Shown here one piece after another: positions 8,774 to 17,663 of a stretch of DNA of 64,000 nt; positions within the stretch are counted from its first letter, which is position 1; each line of letters begins with the position of its first letter. The notes under the pieces are model-generated. The model saw only the letters and a program-made list of their open reading frames with translations. It did no database searches and was not told the DNA's origin. Source of the stretch: Candidatus Pacearchaeota archaeon (GTDB lineage: Archaea; Nanobdellota; Nanobdellia; Pacearchaeales; GW2011-AR1). The stretch spans positions 13,336 through 77,335 of the forward strand of contig JAGVWX010000018.1 of the NCBI GenBank assembly GCA_018304105.1. Direction: 5' to 3'. A program made the position numbers and the translations under genes.

Positions 8774-9514
8774 CTATTTTCCAGCGGTTTCCTTATGAAG
8801 ATTATCCTTCTGGGTTTTAACCGATGTATCTAATGTTCTGGGAGTTACAGTGATTGGAGTATAATTAAGTATTACGCCTCTTACGTGCCAGAACCCCGTA
8901 TAAGAACCCTCTTCCAATGTGCCGATATTTACTGCATGTGAATACGGGCCGTTGATTGGGCTGGATGTCTGGATATTTGGGTCTAGTGTTATTTGAGAGC
9001 CATCTGAATAGTAAAGCCGAAAGCGGAGAAGTTCCCCTTGATAATTAAGTACCGTTGAAACGAACTCAATATCTTCTCCAACAGAGAAAGAAGATTTCCT
9101 TCCAGTAACTTCTGTTGGTTCTGCAAGCCCATTGTTATTTGAATCAATCCATTGATTGCAAGCAAAAAATGCATTTCCTAAAGACTGTCCAGAATTATTC
9201 TGATAAACGGTTTCATCGTTTGGGCGAGAATTCATTTGGTCAATCTGCCTTTGAGTATTCAACCTGTATTGCTCGTTTTGCCTTCTTTGCTGCTCGCTAG
9301 ATGCATGGCTTCCCATTCCCTGCATTGCTAATCCAAAAAGACCCCCGTTTAACATTCCGAGGACTTGTACAGTCTTGCCTGGGTCGTCAACTCTTCTTTC
9401 TCCAATGTATCTTCCTTGAGAATCGTATGCTGGAGCGAAAGTTGTGCAACCGTTCATTGTTGGAGCTACAGCCATTAATCCCGTTAGGCCTAGTGTTGTT
9501 AATCTTCTTCCCAT
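8774..9514 (-). CDS. Putative lipoprotein, function unknown
   Basis: N-terminus MGRRLTTLGLTGLMAVAPTMNGC is lipobox-like; Gln/Asn-rich linker followed by a beta-rich domain. Confidence 0.55.
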   Translation of the reverse strand: MGRRLTTLGLTGLMAVAPTMNGCTTFAPAYDSQGRYIGERRVDDPGKTVQVLGMLNGGLFGLAMQGMGSHASSEQQRRQNEQYRLNTQRQIDQMNSRPNDETVYQNNSGQSLGNAFFACNQWIDSNNNGLAEPTEVTGRKSSFSVGEDIEFVSTVLNYQGELLRFRLYYSDGSQITLDPNIQTSSPINGPYSHAVNIGTLEEGSYTGFWHVRGVILNYTPITVTPRTLDTSVKTQKDNLHKETAGK

Positions 9515-9565
9515 AGAAAAATAAGACTTCTAAACGTTTTTAAACTTTGCTATCACTTTACGATA

Positions 9566-10180
9566 ATGAGAGAATTTATTTATTATTCGAGAACTGCACC
9601 GACGGCTGGAAATTATATTAAGGAAAATTTGCAAGAATCCGGAAGGATTGATATTGCGATTCATACCGTTATTTCGACTTTCTTTTTGAGCCATGCTATT
9701 AGAACAGATGCGACGCTGCATCTGTGCTTTGCCGGGCCTCCGACGCCGCCGAGACATATTGAAATAAAACCTGTTACTGAAGGGCAGACGGGAGTTGACA
9801 AAATTTATCTGGCGAAGACGAATGTTTCTGCGGTGATAAAAAAGTTGTTGTACAAATACAAAGAAGGAGAAAAGAATGAAGTGTTCCCCGGATTTTGGAT
9901 TGAGAAAAAAGGTTTTCTTGAACTTGCGAACGACCTTGCCGAAGAAGGAAGAAATATTTATGCGCTTGACCAGAAAGGAGAGGACATTAGAACAGTTGAG
10001 ATAAAAGAAAATCCGATTTTTATTCTTGGTGACCACAAAGGCCTGCCTGGAAAGGAACTGAAGAGGCTGAAAAAATTGTACACTCCGGTTTCAATCGGGC
10101 CGAGAACTTATTTTGCCTCGCAGACCATTGCGATTGTGAATAATGAGCTTGACAGAAGAGAAGCCGAAGGACGACTTTAG
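9566..10180 (+). CDS. trmY: tRNA (pseudouridine54-N1)-methyltransferase TrmY (SPOUT, DUF358)
   Basis: MREFIYYSRTAPT...ESGRIDIAIHTVISTFFLSHAIRTD...FAGPPTPPRHIE matches the TrmY N-terminal and SPOUT core pattern. Confidence 0.7.
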   Translation: MREFIYYSRTAPTAGNYIKENLQESGRIDIAIHTVISTFFLSHAIRTDATLHLCFAGPPTPPRHIEIKPVTEGQTGVDKIYLAKTNVSAVIKKLLYKYKEGEKNEVFPGFWIEKKGFLELANDLAEEGRNIYALDQKGEDIRTVEIKENPIFILGDHKGLPGKELKRLKKLYTPVSIGPRTYFASQTIAIVNNELDRREAEGRL

Positions 10181-10371
10181 TTTTAGTCTTGTTTAAAACT
10201 TTAAAGCGGTTAAACAATAGCCAAGCAAGTTATAATAATGAAGATAATTAATAATAAACCAGACACTACTGCAAATTAATTACTGTTTACGAGCAGCCTA
10301 TAACTTATGACTGTAAATTAAAGAGCTCTCCAGTTAAGAAACTTTAAAAATATGAAAACCTTGTTTAATGA

Positions 10372-11163
10372 ATGAAAAAGTGGTGGTATTTAGTTTTTGT
10401 ATTTATAATTTTGGCTGTTGCGATTTTTGCGGTAGCTGGATTTCTGAACAAAGAACCGATTCAAAAACTTCAAGGGGGAATTATCATAGTTACTTCTACT
10501 TATTCTGGAAACACTTCTTTGTATTCGCTTCCGAGCAGTCCGGCGCCGAGTGGAAAAGAAGCAAAGTCTAACGATAGTGGGAACAGCATTGCCGATCAGA
10601 TAATTACCTCTTCACCTAGATGTTGGCAGTGCCCTTATGGGGGAATAATAATGAACATTCGCATTGAAAACATCACTAATGAAATGGTACAAGATATGAC
10701 AAATTGCACGAACTTGAATGAAGTTGTTTTAATTGAATGCCCGACGACGGTAATCCAAACTAACCAGACAAATGAAACTGTTAATACCGACTGCGTTTCG
10801 GGTAATTGCAATATAAATGAAACGGTTAATAATACCTCGGTGAACAATGTAAGTTTGTCTCCTGCTGAAAATAATTCTGTAATTCCTGATGAAGTCATGG
10901 AGCAGGAAATTGCGGAAGATGAGAAAAATATTAACACCGAAGTGAGTGAAGATGAACCTGAAGTCAATTTTTATTACAGGTGGAATTATGACCATAGCAA
11001 ATGTGTAAGATTAGTTGACAAAGATGGAATGGGCATAAGCGATTGTAATCCGAAAAACCCTGAAGAAGATTTATCCTGGAACAGTGAGGAAAAACCAAAG
11101 TTCAGTCCGGCAACCGATTCCATTCTGGAACAGTTAATTAAGAGGATGTTTGGCCTGCCTTAG
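10372..11163 (+). CDS. Secreted/anchored Asn- and Thr-rich protein with many NxS/T sequons
   Basis: N-terminal TM helix MKKWWYLVFVFIILAVAIFAVAG and repeated NETVN / NxT sequons. Confidence 0.6.
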   Translation: MKKWWYLVFVFIILAVAIFAVAGFLNKEPIQKLQGGIIIVTSTYSGNTSLYSLPSSPAPSGKEAKSNDSGNSIADQIITSSPRCWQCPYGGIIMNIRIENITNEMVQDMTNCTNLNEVVLIECPTTVIQTNQTNETVNTDCVSGNCNINETVNNTSVNNVSLSPAENNSVIPDEVMEQEIAEDEKNINTEVSEDEPEVNFYYRWNYDHSKCVRLVDKDGMGISDCNPKNPEEDLSWNSEEKPKFSPATDSILEQLIKRMFGLP

Positions 11164-11226
11164 TGCTGATTAAATAGCTTATTAAAGAATAATAATAATT
11201 AAAAACTCTCTAAACCGAGAAATCTG

Positions 11227-11997
11227 ATGGTTTCAGAAGTAAAGGGCGCATCAATGAAGTTTAAGTCTTATGAAAAGACTGTTCCTGAGCTTCTTGGCAT
11301 CCTGAAGCTGCAAAGAGAACTGAAGAAGTATGATAAGATTGTCTTGAAGCCGTTTCTATCCGGTCAGCTGCAAGAATCTACGCCAAGAGAATTTGTTGAA
11401 AATGTCCTGAAGTTTGTTCTGGAGAATAAGAATCCTGTTGCAGAAGTGTTTATTGCCGAAGGAGCTGATGGAGAAAACACGCAGGAACTGTTCGAAGTTT
11501 TAGGTTACGACAAACTTGCGGAAAGATACGACATAAGCCTTGTTGATTTAAACAAGACAGAAACTCAGACCGTTCAAAATATGGAATTCTTGAAATTTGA
11601 TGAGATTTATTACCCAAAGCTCTTGCTGGAAAGTTTTGTTATTTCATTGCCGAAACTGGCACCTCATCCGGAGACTGGGATGATTGCCTCATTGTCAAAT
11701 ATGCTTGGTGCTTTTTCTGCGGAGCATTACAAAGGATTCTTTTCAAGAGGCAAAAGCAAGATAAGGAAATGGCCGATAAAGTATTCTGTCCATGATATTA
11801 TAAAATGCAAGCTCCCGAATTTTTCTATTATTGATGGCGCGGAGCAGAGCGTAATCCTCGCGGGCCTTCCTCTGGAGATAGACAAACAGGGCGCAAAACT
11901 TTTAGGCAAAGAGTGGAAGGAAATTTCGTATCTTAGGTTGATAGACGAAAGCCTTGCTGAGAAGAAGGAAAAGAAAGAAGAAATGAGTTATGTATAG
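11227..11997 (+). CDS. DUF362-like protein
   Basis: KIVLKPFLSG...VFIAEGADGENTQELFEVLGYDKLAERYDISLVDLNK resembles the DUF362 core; weak by-eye call. Confidence 0.45.
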   Translation: MVSEVKGASMKFKSYEKTVPELLGILKLQRELKKYDKIVLKPFLSGQLQESTPREFVENVLKFVLENKNPVAEVFIAEGADGENTQELFEVLGYDKLAERYDISLVDLNKTETQTVQNMEFLKFDEIYYPKLLLESFVISLPKLAPHPETGMIASLSNMLGAFSAEHYKGFFSRGKSKIRKWPIKYSVHDIIKCKLPNFSIIDGAEQSVILAGLPLEIDKQGAKLLGKEWKEISYLRLIDESLAEKKEKKEEMSYV

Positions 11998-12031
11998 TAA
12001 ACTATATTAAGCGAGGGCTTTTACTGTTTTT

Positions 12032-12307
12032 ATGAAGAAATCATCGAGGTTGACCTTGACGGGGGGCGTTCAGAGCATGTTTTTTGAGCAGTTCATACTT
12101 GAGAATGCGAAAAGGTTTGATGTCAGAGGATATATGAGGAAATTGGAAGACGGGAGAATGGAGATTTTTTTAGAGGGCGACAAGAGCAAAGTCGATGAGA
12201 TGGCTGCTATCTGCAAACGAGGAACGCAACATACTCTAATCAGGAAGGTTGAAGAAAAGGAAGAAAGGTTTCAGGATTTCAAGGATTTTAAGGTTGTAAA
12301 AATATAA
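12032..12307 (+). CDS. Acylphosphatase-like protein
   Basis: LTGGVQSMFF...VRGYMRKLEDGRMEIFLEGDKSKVDEM resembles V.G.VQGV.FR...G.V.N..DG.VE...G; ~90 aa. Confidence 0.5.
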   Translation: MKKSSRLTLTGGVQSMFFEQFILENAKRFDVRGYMRKLEDGRMEIFLEGDKSKVDEMAAICKRGTQHTLIRKVEEKEERFQDFKDFKVVKI

Positions 12308-12328
12308 AGAAAATAGACGATTATTTGT

Positions 12329-12496
12329 CTATTTGTTTTCTTCTGAGTCTTTTACTTTTTCGGAGTCTTCTTCATCTGATTCTTCGACTTCTTCATCGGG
12401 GTCGTCGGAGTCTTCTTCATCAGGGTCGTCTTCATCTGATTCTTCTTCGGATTCCTCAGAGTCAATTTCTTTCTCCTCTTTCATTATTTCCTCCAT
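12329..12496 (-). CDS. 55-aa highly acidic protein (MEEIMKEEKEIDSEESEEESDEDDPDEED...)
   Basis: ATG-initiated ORF translated by hand, below the track cutoff. It is antisense to the TTG-initiated Ser-rich track ORF 12333..12524; only one of the two can be real. Confidence 0.35.
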   Translation of the reverse strand: MEEIMKEEKEIDSEESEEESDEDDPDEEDSDDPDEEVEESDEEDSEKVKDSEENK

Positions 12497-12586
12497 TTTA
12501 AAAACAAGAAACTGTATTATTTAAAATTTAGGGTTGGAGCGAATCGGCTAAATAAAGCTTATAAACGCGTTGTTTCTATAAAGAAT

Positions 12587-14098
12587 ATGGGCCGAGAAGA
12601 ACAAATTGTAAGCGAGAGATTGAAGAAAGTGAATGAACTTAAGAAAATTGGAGTGAACCCTTATCCTTACAAATTCGATGTAAAAAACTATGCAAAAGAG
12701 CTGCAGAAGAAATATGAAAAACTTAAGCCAGAAGAAAGGAAAAAAGATGCTGTGAAGATTGCAGGAAGGCTGATGTCATCGCGAGACCTTGGAAAGATTG
12801 CTTTTGGAGTACTAAGAGATAATACTGGAAACATTCAGTTGTTATTGCAAGATGGAGAGACAGACAAAAAGATTGTCGAGTTTTATAAAAAATATACTGA
12901 TATCGGAGATTTTGTGGGAGTTGAAGGAACGATTTTTAGAACAAAGCGGGGGGAACTTTCTGTTTTGGTAAAAAAACTAGAAATGTTGTCTAAGTCTATA
13001 TTGCCTTTGCCTGAGAAGTGGCATGGGTTGCAGGACAAGGAAGAAAGATACAGAAAGAGATATCTTGATTTGATTATGAATCCTGATGTAAAGGAAGTTT
13101 TTGAAAAGCGCGAAAAAATCTTAGATATCTTACGCGAGTTTATGAAAGACAAAGCGTTTAGAGAAGTAGAAACCCCTTTGTTGCAGCCACTTTATGGCGG
13201 AGCTGAAGCACAACCATTTATTACGAAGCTGAATGCGCTGAACATGACTCTTTACATGTCTATTTCTCCAGAGATTTATCTGAAGAAATTGTTAGTTGGA
13301 GGAATGGAAAGAGTATTTACGATTTGCAAGAATTTCAGGAACGAAGGCATAGACCGAAGCCACAATCCAGAGTTTACTATGATGGAAGCGTACGCGTCTT
13401 ATTGGGATTACAACGATGTAATGAAAATGACTGAGCAATTGCTAGAAACACTTACCAAAAAGCTGAATGGAAACACTAAGATAAGTTATCAAGGAAAGGA
13501 TATAGACTTTAAGGCGCCGTTTAAAGTAATGAGAATTGAAGAAGCCATAAAGAAATATGCTGGTTTAGACCCTTGTGATATTAGTGCTTTGAAAAGAGAA
13601 ACGCAAAAGATTGGATTTAGCGGGACAAAGGATGAAATGGTTCAGTTTTTGTTTGATGAAAAAGTTGAGGAGCATCTGATTCAGCCAACGTTTATTATAG
13701 ATTATCCAAAATCAATCTGCCCTTTGACAAAAGAACATAGAAAAAATGAAGAAGAGGTTGAGAGATTTGAATTATTTGTCAATGGAATGGAACTAGCCAA
13801 TGCATATTCTGAGCTGAATAATCCGGTTGAACAGGAGAAGAGATTGAGAGAACAAATCAAAGAGCGTGAAAAATCTGGAAAGTTCCTTGCGCACTTAGAA
13901 GCGAACGAACTTGATGAAGATTTTGTTAATGCAATGAAGCATGGAATGCCTCCGGCTGGGGGAATTGGAGTTGGCGTTGACAGACTGGTAATGCTTCTCA
14001 CAGATTCCGCTTCTATCCGAGATGTGATTTTATTTCCATTCATGAAACCGTTGGATGCTAAGAAAGAGAAAATGGAGGTAAAGAGAAATAATGGCTGA
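12587..14098 (+). CDS. lysS: Lysyl-tRNA synthetase, class II
   Basis: OB-fold N-domain plus class II motifs FRNEGIDRSHNPEFTMMEAY and GMPPAGGIGVGVDRLVMLL. Confidence 0.9.
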   Translation: MGREEQIVSERLKKVNELKKIGVNPYPYKFDVKNYAKELQKKYEKLKPEERKKDAVKIAGRLMSSRDLGKIAFGVLRDNTGNIQLLLQDGETDKKIVEFYKKYTDIGDFVGVEGTIFRTKRGELSVLVKKLEMLSKSILPLPEKWHGLQDKEERYRKRYLDLIMNPDVKEVFEKREKILDILREFMKDKAFREVETPLLQPLYGGAEAQPFITKLNALNMTLYMSISPEIYLKKLLVGGMERVFTICKNFRNEGIDRSHNPEFTMMEAYASYWDYNDVMKMTEQLLETLTKKLNGNTKISYQGKDIDFKAPFKVMRIEEAIKKYAGLDPCDISALKRETQKIGFSGTKDEMVQFLFDEKVEEHLIQPTFIIDYPKSICPLTKEHRKNEEEVERFELFVNGMELANAYSELNNPVEQEKRLREQIKEREKSGKFLAHLEANELDEDFVNAMKHGMPPAGGIGVGVDRLVMLLTDSASIRDVILFPFMKPLDAKKEKMEVKRNNG

Positions 14099-14444
14099 GC
14101 TAATTGTAAGAAGCAAGATAAAGGAAGTTGCAAAAGAGTTTAACGTTGCGGGGGATTTTGCTGATGCGTTAGATAAAATGGCTGTTGAACAGGTAAACCT
14201 CGCTGTTGGACGCGCTAGTGCGAATGGCAGAAGAACCGTTCAGGCAAAAGATGTATATCCCGGAAAGGGCACCGCAAAAGAAATGCTTATTGTCAAGTCC
14301 AGAGTAAAGGATGTCGCGAAGACTCATAACGTCGCGGGAGATTTTGCTGAAGCATTAAATGAAATGATTGTTTGGAGCGTGATGCAAGCAGGCGAAAGGG
14401 CTAAAGCAAACGGTCGGCGCACTATACAAGCGAGGGATTTGTAA
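14091..14444 (+). CDS. Histone-fold (DUF1931-like) protein, tandem doublet
   Basis: Two ~55-aa repeats: IVRSKIKEVAKEFNVAGDFADALDKM...ANGRRTVQAKDV and IVKSRVKDVAKTHNVAGDFAEALNEM...ANGRRTIQARDL. 8-nt overlap with lysS. Confidence 0.55.
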   Translation: MAELIVRSKIKEVAKEFNVAGDFADALDKMAVEQVNLAVGRASANGRRTVQAKDVYPGKGTAKEMLIVKSRVKDVAKTHNVAGDFAEALNEMIVWSVMQAGERAKANGRRTIQARDL

Positions 14445-14479
14445 AGAGAGGTTTTTGTTTTTTGGTTTTTATTGTACAT

Positions 14480-14647
14480 ATGAAAAAAAGAAGATTTCCA
14501 ACCTTGGCGGTTATCCTGTTAGTGGTTGCGATAAGTTGGCTGCTCTCAGATTTGGGTTATTTGAATGTGGATATTCCTTGGATTCCGGTAATTTTGATTA
14601 TTATCGCAATAGGCTGGATAATTAATAGGTATGCAAGTAGGTTTTAG
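14480..14647 (+). CDS. Small membrane protein
   Basis: MKKRRFPTLAVILLVVAISWLL plus a second helix; the ATG at 14480 is preferred over the upstream alternative start. Confidence 0.45.
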   Translation: MKKRRFPTLAVILLVVAISWLLSDLGYLNVDIPWIPVILIIIAIGWIINRYASRF

Positions 14648-14987
14648 GAAGATTTATAATTCTGATTTGGCAGATCCGTTGATGAGGAAAGTGGTTTTTA
14701 TTGCTGTGGCTGTTTTGGCTTTAGTTTTGTCTATCCCTATAGCATATAATTTTGTATTTGCTGAGAGGCAAGTTGGCTTATTAGAGGAAGTCGCGTGGAT
14801 TGTTGCAGGAATTTTTATTTTCATTGTACCCTTAGCTTCATTAATTTTTATAAAAAAGATTGATTTCTCAAGGTCAAAATTAATTTGGATATTGCTTACT
14901 TTGAATTTAGCAATCATTTTAGTTTGTGCTTTTTTACTTTATGTAGAAATAAAAAGTTCGTTGGGTAAAGCTGAGCTGTTTTACTAA
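14631..14987 (+). CDS. Membrane protein (3-4 TM)
   Basis: Hydrophobic helices throughout; no other motif. Confidence 0.45.
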   Translation: MQVGFRKIYNSDLADPLMRKVVFIAVAVLALVLSIPIAYNFVFAERQVGLLEEVAWIVAGIFIFIVPLASLIFIKKIDFSRSKLIWILLTLNLAIILVCAFLLYVEIKSSLGKAELFY

Positions 14988-14994
14988 GGATAAA

Positions 14995-15486
14995 ATGTCA
15001 AAAGTTGAAATTTTAGAATCAAAAATCGAGGAGAAAAAAGAGGCGAACGGAAAGTCGGTTATGGGGAAGAGGAGCAGGGCGGCGGGGGCGAGGTTCGAGT
15101 TGAAAGTGAGAAAGGACCTGGAAGAAAAAGGATGGATAACTGACAAATGGACAAAAAATGTTGACCTCGAGACCAGAAAAACAATCCCAGCAAAAAGAAA
15201 GTTCAATCCGTTTAAAAAAGTGCTTGGAATCGGAACAGGTTTTCCAGATTTTATTGCGTTTCGACCAGTTGTAGACCCAACTGAAAAGAAGAGATTTCAT
15301 AATTATAATGTTATTGGGGTTGAATCAAAAATGAGGGGGATATTAGATAAGAAAGAAAAAGAGAAATGTCGGATTTTACTTGAAAATAATACTTTCAAAG
15401 ATATCTACCTTGCCAGAAAGGGTGAAAAACTGGGAGAAATTGAATATATTAATTTTTTAACTAAAGAAAAAGATTCTTTGTTTTAA
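14995..15486 (+). CDS. PD-(D/E)xK nuclease, Holliday junction resolvase (Hjc)-like
   Basis: GARFELKVRKDLEEKGW...FPDFIAF...VIGVESKMRG fits the E...D...ExK arrangement of Hjc, with an extra insert. Confidence 0.45.
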   Translation: MSKVEILESKIEEKKEANGKSVMGKRSRAAGARFELKVRKDLEEKGWITDKWTKNVDLETRKTIPAKRKFNPFKKVLGIGTGFPDFIAFRPVVDPTEKKRFHNYNVIGVESKMRGILDKKEKEKCRILLENNTFKDIYLARKGEKLGEIEYINFLTKEKDSLF

Positions 15487-16325
15487 TTAAACACAAACTC
15501 TGCCTTTGCAATGATGTCGCCTTCATCGACTTTATGATATATGCCTAGAAATTTATCATCTTGGAATAACGCAAAGGTTTCTTCTTGGGGAATTGAATCT
15601 ATGTCAGTTTTGAAGAGAGGTTTTCCTGTGAGTATTTGCTTGAGATTTGCTTTTTCAGAAAGTTGTGTTGTTGGAAGAACTTTCTTTATTGCTTGCTCGG
15701 CTGGAACAAGAATTTCTCTTAATGGAAGTTCGTTGCCTTCTAAATATTCTTTAGCTGCTTTTTCAAAATCGTAAAGGTTGACGAAATTGTCGTCGTTTTC
15801 TGTAAAGATTGATGCTTTAACTCTGCGGAGCTCTAGCATGTGCGCGCCGCCAATTTTTTCTCCGAGGTCTGAGCAGATTTTTCGGATGTAAGTGCCGGCT
15901 TCAACATTTGCAATGAATAAAACATCTTTGCCTTGCTTTTCAAGAATTTCAAACTGCTTGACTTCTCTTTCGCGGAAGTCTCGTTTTACCCGCGAGCGAA
16001 CCGGAGGAAGCTGGGTAATTTTTCCAGTAAACGCGGACATTTCTTTTTTTAATTTTTCAAGAGAAATGTCTTCGTGAACGCGCATTATTCCGACGTATTT
16101 TTTGTCTTTGTGCATGAAGTAATCGGATAGCTTGCACGCTCTTCCTAGGGTTATGGGCAAGACTCCTGTGACTTGCGGGTCGAGAGTTCCCATGTGGGAT
16201 GTCTTGGAAATTTTTAACGCATACTTTACGAATTGCGAAACTTGAAAGCTCGTCGGGCCTGCTGGCTTGTCTAAGTTAATCAAAGAGAATTGGATTAATT
16301 CGGAGATTGGTTTTTCGAGAGCCAT
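15483..16325 (-). CDS. cbf5: H/ACA RNP pseudouridine synthase Cbf5 (TruB family with PUA domain)
   Basis: DKPAGPTSFQV...HMGTLDPQVTGVLPI...; C-terminal PUA-like region. Start moved to MALEK (16325) to avoid running into vapC. Confidence 0.85.
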   Translation of the reverse strand: MALEKPISELIQFSLINLDKPAGPTSFQVSQFVKYALKISKTSHMGTLDPQVTGVLPITLGRACKLSDYFMHKDKKYVGIMRVHEDISLEKLKKEMSAFTGKITQLPPVRSRVKRDFREREVKQFEILEKQGKDVLFIANVEAGTYIRKICSDLGEKIGGAHMLELRRVKASIFTENDDNFVNLYDFEKAAKEYLEGNELPLREILVPAEQAIKKVLPTTQLSEKANLKQILTGKPLFKTDIDSIPQEETFALFQDDKFLGIYHKVDEGDIIAKAEFVFN

Positions 16326-16332
16326 AGCGTTA

Positions 16333-16713
16333 TCACAAAATCCTTGCTTCCTTAAAAGATTTGAAATGATTATCTGTTGTAAGAATTTTTGCATTAAGTG
16401 CTCGGGCTGAACAGATAATTAAAGAATCCACAAGAGGAAAACTTCCATATTTATCTTTCATTGTTGCATGTAAAATACCTGCTTCTTTGGCAATTTTTGG
16501 AGAAATATCAAATATTCTTGAATTCTTTATTACTGATTCATAAGCTAATTCTACATTACTTTTGCTTCTCCTAACTTTGCTTGTTACTTCAGAGATTATT
16601 ACAGCCAGCGAATATATTTCATCATCTGAATTAATAATTTTATTAACCTCTTCTCCGGCGCGGCTGCCAGAAAGATATTCAATCCAAAGGGAGGAATCAA
16701 TTAGATAATTCAT
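16333..16713 (-). CDS. vapC: PIN-domain toxin VapC
   Basis: MNYLIDSSLWIEYL...LTTDNHFKSF; ~126 aa; 4-nt overlap with the upstream antitoxin. Confidence 0.8.
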   Translation of the reverse strand: MNYLIDSSLWIEYLSGSRAGEEVNKIINSDDEIYSLAVIISEVTSKVRRSKSNVELAYESVIKNSRIFDISPKIAKEAGILHATMKDKYGSFPLVDSLIICSARALNAKILTTDNHFKSFKEARIL

Positions 16714-16907
16714 TCTCGATCTTCCATTCTATCTTTTTGAGCGAATTTGCCTAGATCTCTTAATGCACCAAAATAATCTTTCTTGTGTTTCTTTATTTCT
16801 ATTTCTACGATTTCATCTTCCTTAAGATTTTTTTCTCTGACTAATTCTATCGGTATGGTCACCGCCAAAGAACCGCCCAATGCTCGAATCCTCGTTATTG
16901 CTGCCAT
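16710..16907 (-). CDS. vapB: AbrB/SpoVT-type antitoxin VapB
   Basis: RALGGSLAVTIPIELVREKNLKEDEIVEIEI is a swapped-hairpin AbrB-like motif. Confidence 0.75.
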   Translation of the reverse strand: MAAITRIRALGGSLAVTIPIELVREKNLKEDEIVEIEIKKHKKDYFGALRDLGKFAQKDRMEDRE

Positions 16908-16931
16908 AAAAAGTATAACATTAAGTTATAT

Positions 16932-17630
16932 TTAAAGATTTCCTTTTAGATATGCCTGACGTTTTTCTTCGGGAAATTTCTCAATAGCGTAACGAAGCAT
17001 TGTTCTCGGCATTTTTTTGTAATTCGGAATTAGGAATGTCTCAAGAACTTGGGGGTTTTTCTTTCCGATTTCTCTTAACGTCCAGCCGACTGCTTTATGG
17101 AGCAGGTCGTGTTTTTCGGTTAACAGAATTTCTGAGAGCTTTATTGCATCTTCGAATTGATTGTTAATTATAAATGCGAGAGTCGAAATAATTGCAATTC
17201 TTTTTTCCCAGATGCTGTCAGAACGAGCAAGTTTGTAGAGAATGTTCTTAGGTTTGTCGAGGAGATAGTCTCCTAAAATTCTAGGCGCAGTTAAGTCGAC
17301 CAGGTCCCAATTGTTTATGAACTGAGTGTTTGCGAGATAAAAGTCTACGATTTTCTTGTTTGGATTTTTTTGATAATTATGAACTAACAATAAAAGTGCT
17401 GTAAGACGTTCTTCATGAATCTTTGACTTCAGGAGTTCTGCGAGTTCATTAAGCGATAAATCGGAATGCTTCTTTGCTATTGCCCTGCATTCGGGAACTT
17501 TAACTCCAAGAAAGATGTCGCCTTCGCCATATTGGCCTTTCCCTGTTTTAAAAAAACCTTGCAGGAGCTTTGCTTTTTCTGGATTTGAAAGTTTGTGAAG
17601 GTCTGCTTTTAGAGATTGCAATTTACCCAT
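16932..17630 (-). CDS. DNA alkylation repair protein (AlkD-like HEAT repeat family)
   Basis: NPEKAKLLQGFFKTGKGQYGEGDIFLGVKVPECRAIAKKH...NNWDLVD...HKAVGWTLREIGKK. Confidence 0.7.
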   Translation of the reverse strand: MGKLQSLKADLHKLSNPEKAKLLQGFFKTGKGQYGEGDIFLGVKVPECRAIAKKHSDLSLNELAELLKSKIHEERLTALLLLVHNYQKNPNKKIVDFYLANTQFINNWDLVDLTAPRILGDYLLDKPKNILYKLARSDSIWEKRIAIISTLAFIINNQFEDAIKLSEILLTEKHDLLHKAVGWTLREIGKKNPQVLETFLIPNYKKMPRTMLRYAIEKFPEEKRQAYLKGNL

Positions 17631-17663
17631 GAAGTTAATTAGATGAAGAGGTTATAATATTTT

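Noticed and set aside
9530-10036. 168-aa minus-strand ORF.
   Set aside because: It is antisense to the well-supported trmY gene, and its Arg/Phe/Asn-rich translation is typical of a shadow ORF. The same reasoning applies to other long antisense ORFs, for example 343..558, 4392..4856, 5232..5714, 20934..21509, 34773..35183, 43634..44107, 44576..45157, 59552..60055 and 60406..60801.
12333-12524. Ser-rich 63-aa plus-strand ORF.
   Set aside because: It has a TTG start and is pure low complexity. It is the mirror image of an ATG-initiated acidic ORF on the other strand, which is considered the more likely gene.
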